A stretch of DNA of 51,154 nucleotides from Octopus bimaculoides. Taxonomy: Eukaryota. The DNA lies in the NCBI RefSeq assembly GCF_001194135.2, contig NC_068982.1:19243626-19294779 (forward strand), in the 5' to 3' direction. The position numbers and the translations under genes are program-made. Shown piece after piece: positions 49,186 to 51,154 of this stretch. The number at the start of each line of letters is the position of its first letter. The stretch's first letter is position 1. The notes beneath the pieces are model-generated. The model saw only the letters and a program-made list of their open reading frames with translations, was not told where the DNA came from and did not search any database.

Positions 49186-49232
49186 AGAGAGGGGAAAGAA
49201 ACAGGAAGGGTGAGAGAGAGAGAGAGAGAGAG
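49136..49232. repeat. (GA)n / purine-rich microsatellite
   Basis: Direct reading. Confidence 0.9.
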
Positions 49233-50627
49233 CGTAGGGAGGCGATGCTTTCAAGTAGAGGCGATATAAAAAATTTCAATTGCCGTTGTTCTCACAATTC
49301 AGATGCTGGTTCATAAAAATGTGACCAGCTTTCAACGGATTGTTTTCTCCGAGTCTTAGAGGATTTTTGCATCAGCAAATTGTTATCTTTTAAAACAGTG
49401 TGCAGATGAAGTGGTCATCAACTTTAATTGTACAGCAAATAATTAGAGGATAGGGTTAAATTACTAACTCGATCTTCTAATGTAATATCAAGACTGTGGA
49501 ACCGGCCATGCCACTGATGTGTGTAACTATGAATGCTTACCTGTTTTTATGCTTCTTTTAATGACTCTCTGAAACAGGTAATATAGTTTTTTTACCTATT
49601 GGCTATAGAAAAAAAAAAATTAATTAACAGCCGATACGAAACAGCTCGTATTTATGGGATCAATACCTAGCATAAATTTATGCATATCAATATGGGTAGA
49701 ATAAAGCATAAACGTAGAAACACCCATTACTCTTGTATCACGTATGCGAACGAACTTGGAGGAATTGTGGCGAAGATAGGCGAAAGTATCGATGTTTAGT
49801 GCCAAGTCATCACTGACCGAAAATGCTTGTGATTAAAGGCGTTCCAAATAAGAACAATGCAACAGTATGTCTTAAATTTATTTAAAAAAAGAGTGGGATG
49901 CGGCTGCTTTAACTCAACCATCATTTCCATTGATCGATGACTATGATGAAATGTTACTATCTGCTGAAAAAGGATATAAGTATACAAAGAAAATATTCGT
50001 AAATATTGAAGAGTTAGTACCGAGGGACGAACGAGAAGTAAAGAAAACAAAAATGCAAAGGATGGTACGGTGTCATGCTAGGAAATCTTGACTGCTTTCT
50101 TGTACAAGTCATGCAGAGGTTTACATGTTGACTGAAAGAGTGACATTAAACTGGTTGACAAGTTATGCCGATAACACTTATTCAAAAGTAGAATTAACTG
50201 CTACATAAAATGTTTCTGTTCGAAATGTCATTATTGATACTTAAAACAATAGAGCCACAGTCTGAATTGGTTTCTAGTTACCACTGATGACCAGACGTCC
50301 TTGTCAATAATCATTTAACATCCGTATATATTCGCATATGTCATTTTCTGTTGTCACTTGATCTGCTAGAAAGAGCAATCATTAACACTATCTTGCTATA
50401 AAATGAAGGACACCTTAGAAAATATATTTCTCGAGATATCCCTAAAATAACAGATGTAAACTGTTAGAAATAATTTACAGTTGGTTTTCTTTCTGATTAA
50501 TATTTATCATGCGTCTATACAATGATAACGACTACACAACATGAACACTATACATATATAGGCTCAGTGCATGGCACTTTAGGCAAGTGTTGTCTATAGT
50601 ATGTATATATATATATATATATTTGTG

Positions 50628-50697
50628 AAGGCGCCTGGCTTAGCGGTTGGGCCGTTCGGCTCACGATCTTAATGTCATGAGTTGATTTCCAGGCGAC
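50628..50697 (+). mobile_element. Isolated tRNA-like SINE head; short family A fragment at 50560-50600
   Basis: GGCGCCTGGCTTAGCGGTTGGG...GCTCACGATC...GAGTTGATTTCC (A box, decayed B box). Upstream TGCATGGCACTTTAGGCAAGTGTTGTCTATAG resembles family A. Confidence 0.5.
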
Positions 50698-51119
50698 CAA
50701 ATACACACGTGTTGAGGGAGACTACGAAAGTCAATGCGAATGTATCTGTGGTATTTGTATGTAATCGCAGCTTCGCGTTTGCTTTTTGTGGGTATGTACA
50801 GATGTCTTGTCTATTTGTCGTAGTATGCTTTGCTAATGAGGAAAAATCATTAGACTAGTCCAGAACTTGATCAGTTCAAGGCTATCTGAATTATTTTATA
50901 AATTACTATCAGCCTACTCACTCGCTTTCAACGTATGTGTATTATAAATGTGATTTGAAGTGTATCGACGATCTAGCGTCCAATTTCAACATACAGGCAT
51001 GGTACTCACTGTGCCGTTAATTATGCAACTTTGCATCGAATTTACAAATATTATTTAAGTTAAGAAAAGTCCAAGTTTACAGAAAGTCCACGTGTAAAGG
51101 AAATCCAAATTAGAGGAAG

Positions 51120-51123
<4 letters not shown>

Positions 51124-51154
<31 letters not shown>
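51124..51154. repeat. (TA)n microsatellite at window end
   Basis: Direct reading. Confidence 0.95.

Noticed and set aside
49541-49568. 28-nt minus-strand micro-exon (TTTCAG|...CAG|GTAAG)
   Set aside because: Splice-like motifs alone are common and no partner exons are identifiable.

Overview
AT-rich eukaryotic non-coding DNA with no host protein-coding gene I can support. About 2.4 kb is N in 11 gaps, most bordered by microsatellites, and the window begins and ends in (TA)n. The repeat content looks like octopus DNA; this is inference from recalled repeat families, not a database result. The window is a mosaic of microsatellites and many copies of several tRNA-derived SINE families, some with target-site duplications, some nested, tandem or inverted. 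It also holds a decayed Tc1-like transposon with both TIRs, the 3' end of an R4/Dong-type RLE retrotransposon in a TAA tract, the 3' end of an RTE-type LINE, and Penelope-like terminal-repeat fragments. The most notable signal is three minimal type I hammerhead ribozyme motifs, two of them back-to-back on opposite strands at 7206-7303, plus two weaker candidates. All look partly decayed. Most ORF-track entries are microsatellite or gap artefacts. I see no convincing evidence of a wholly new biological system.
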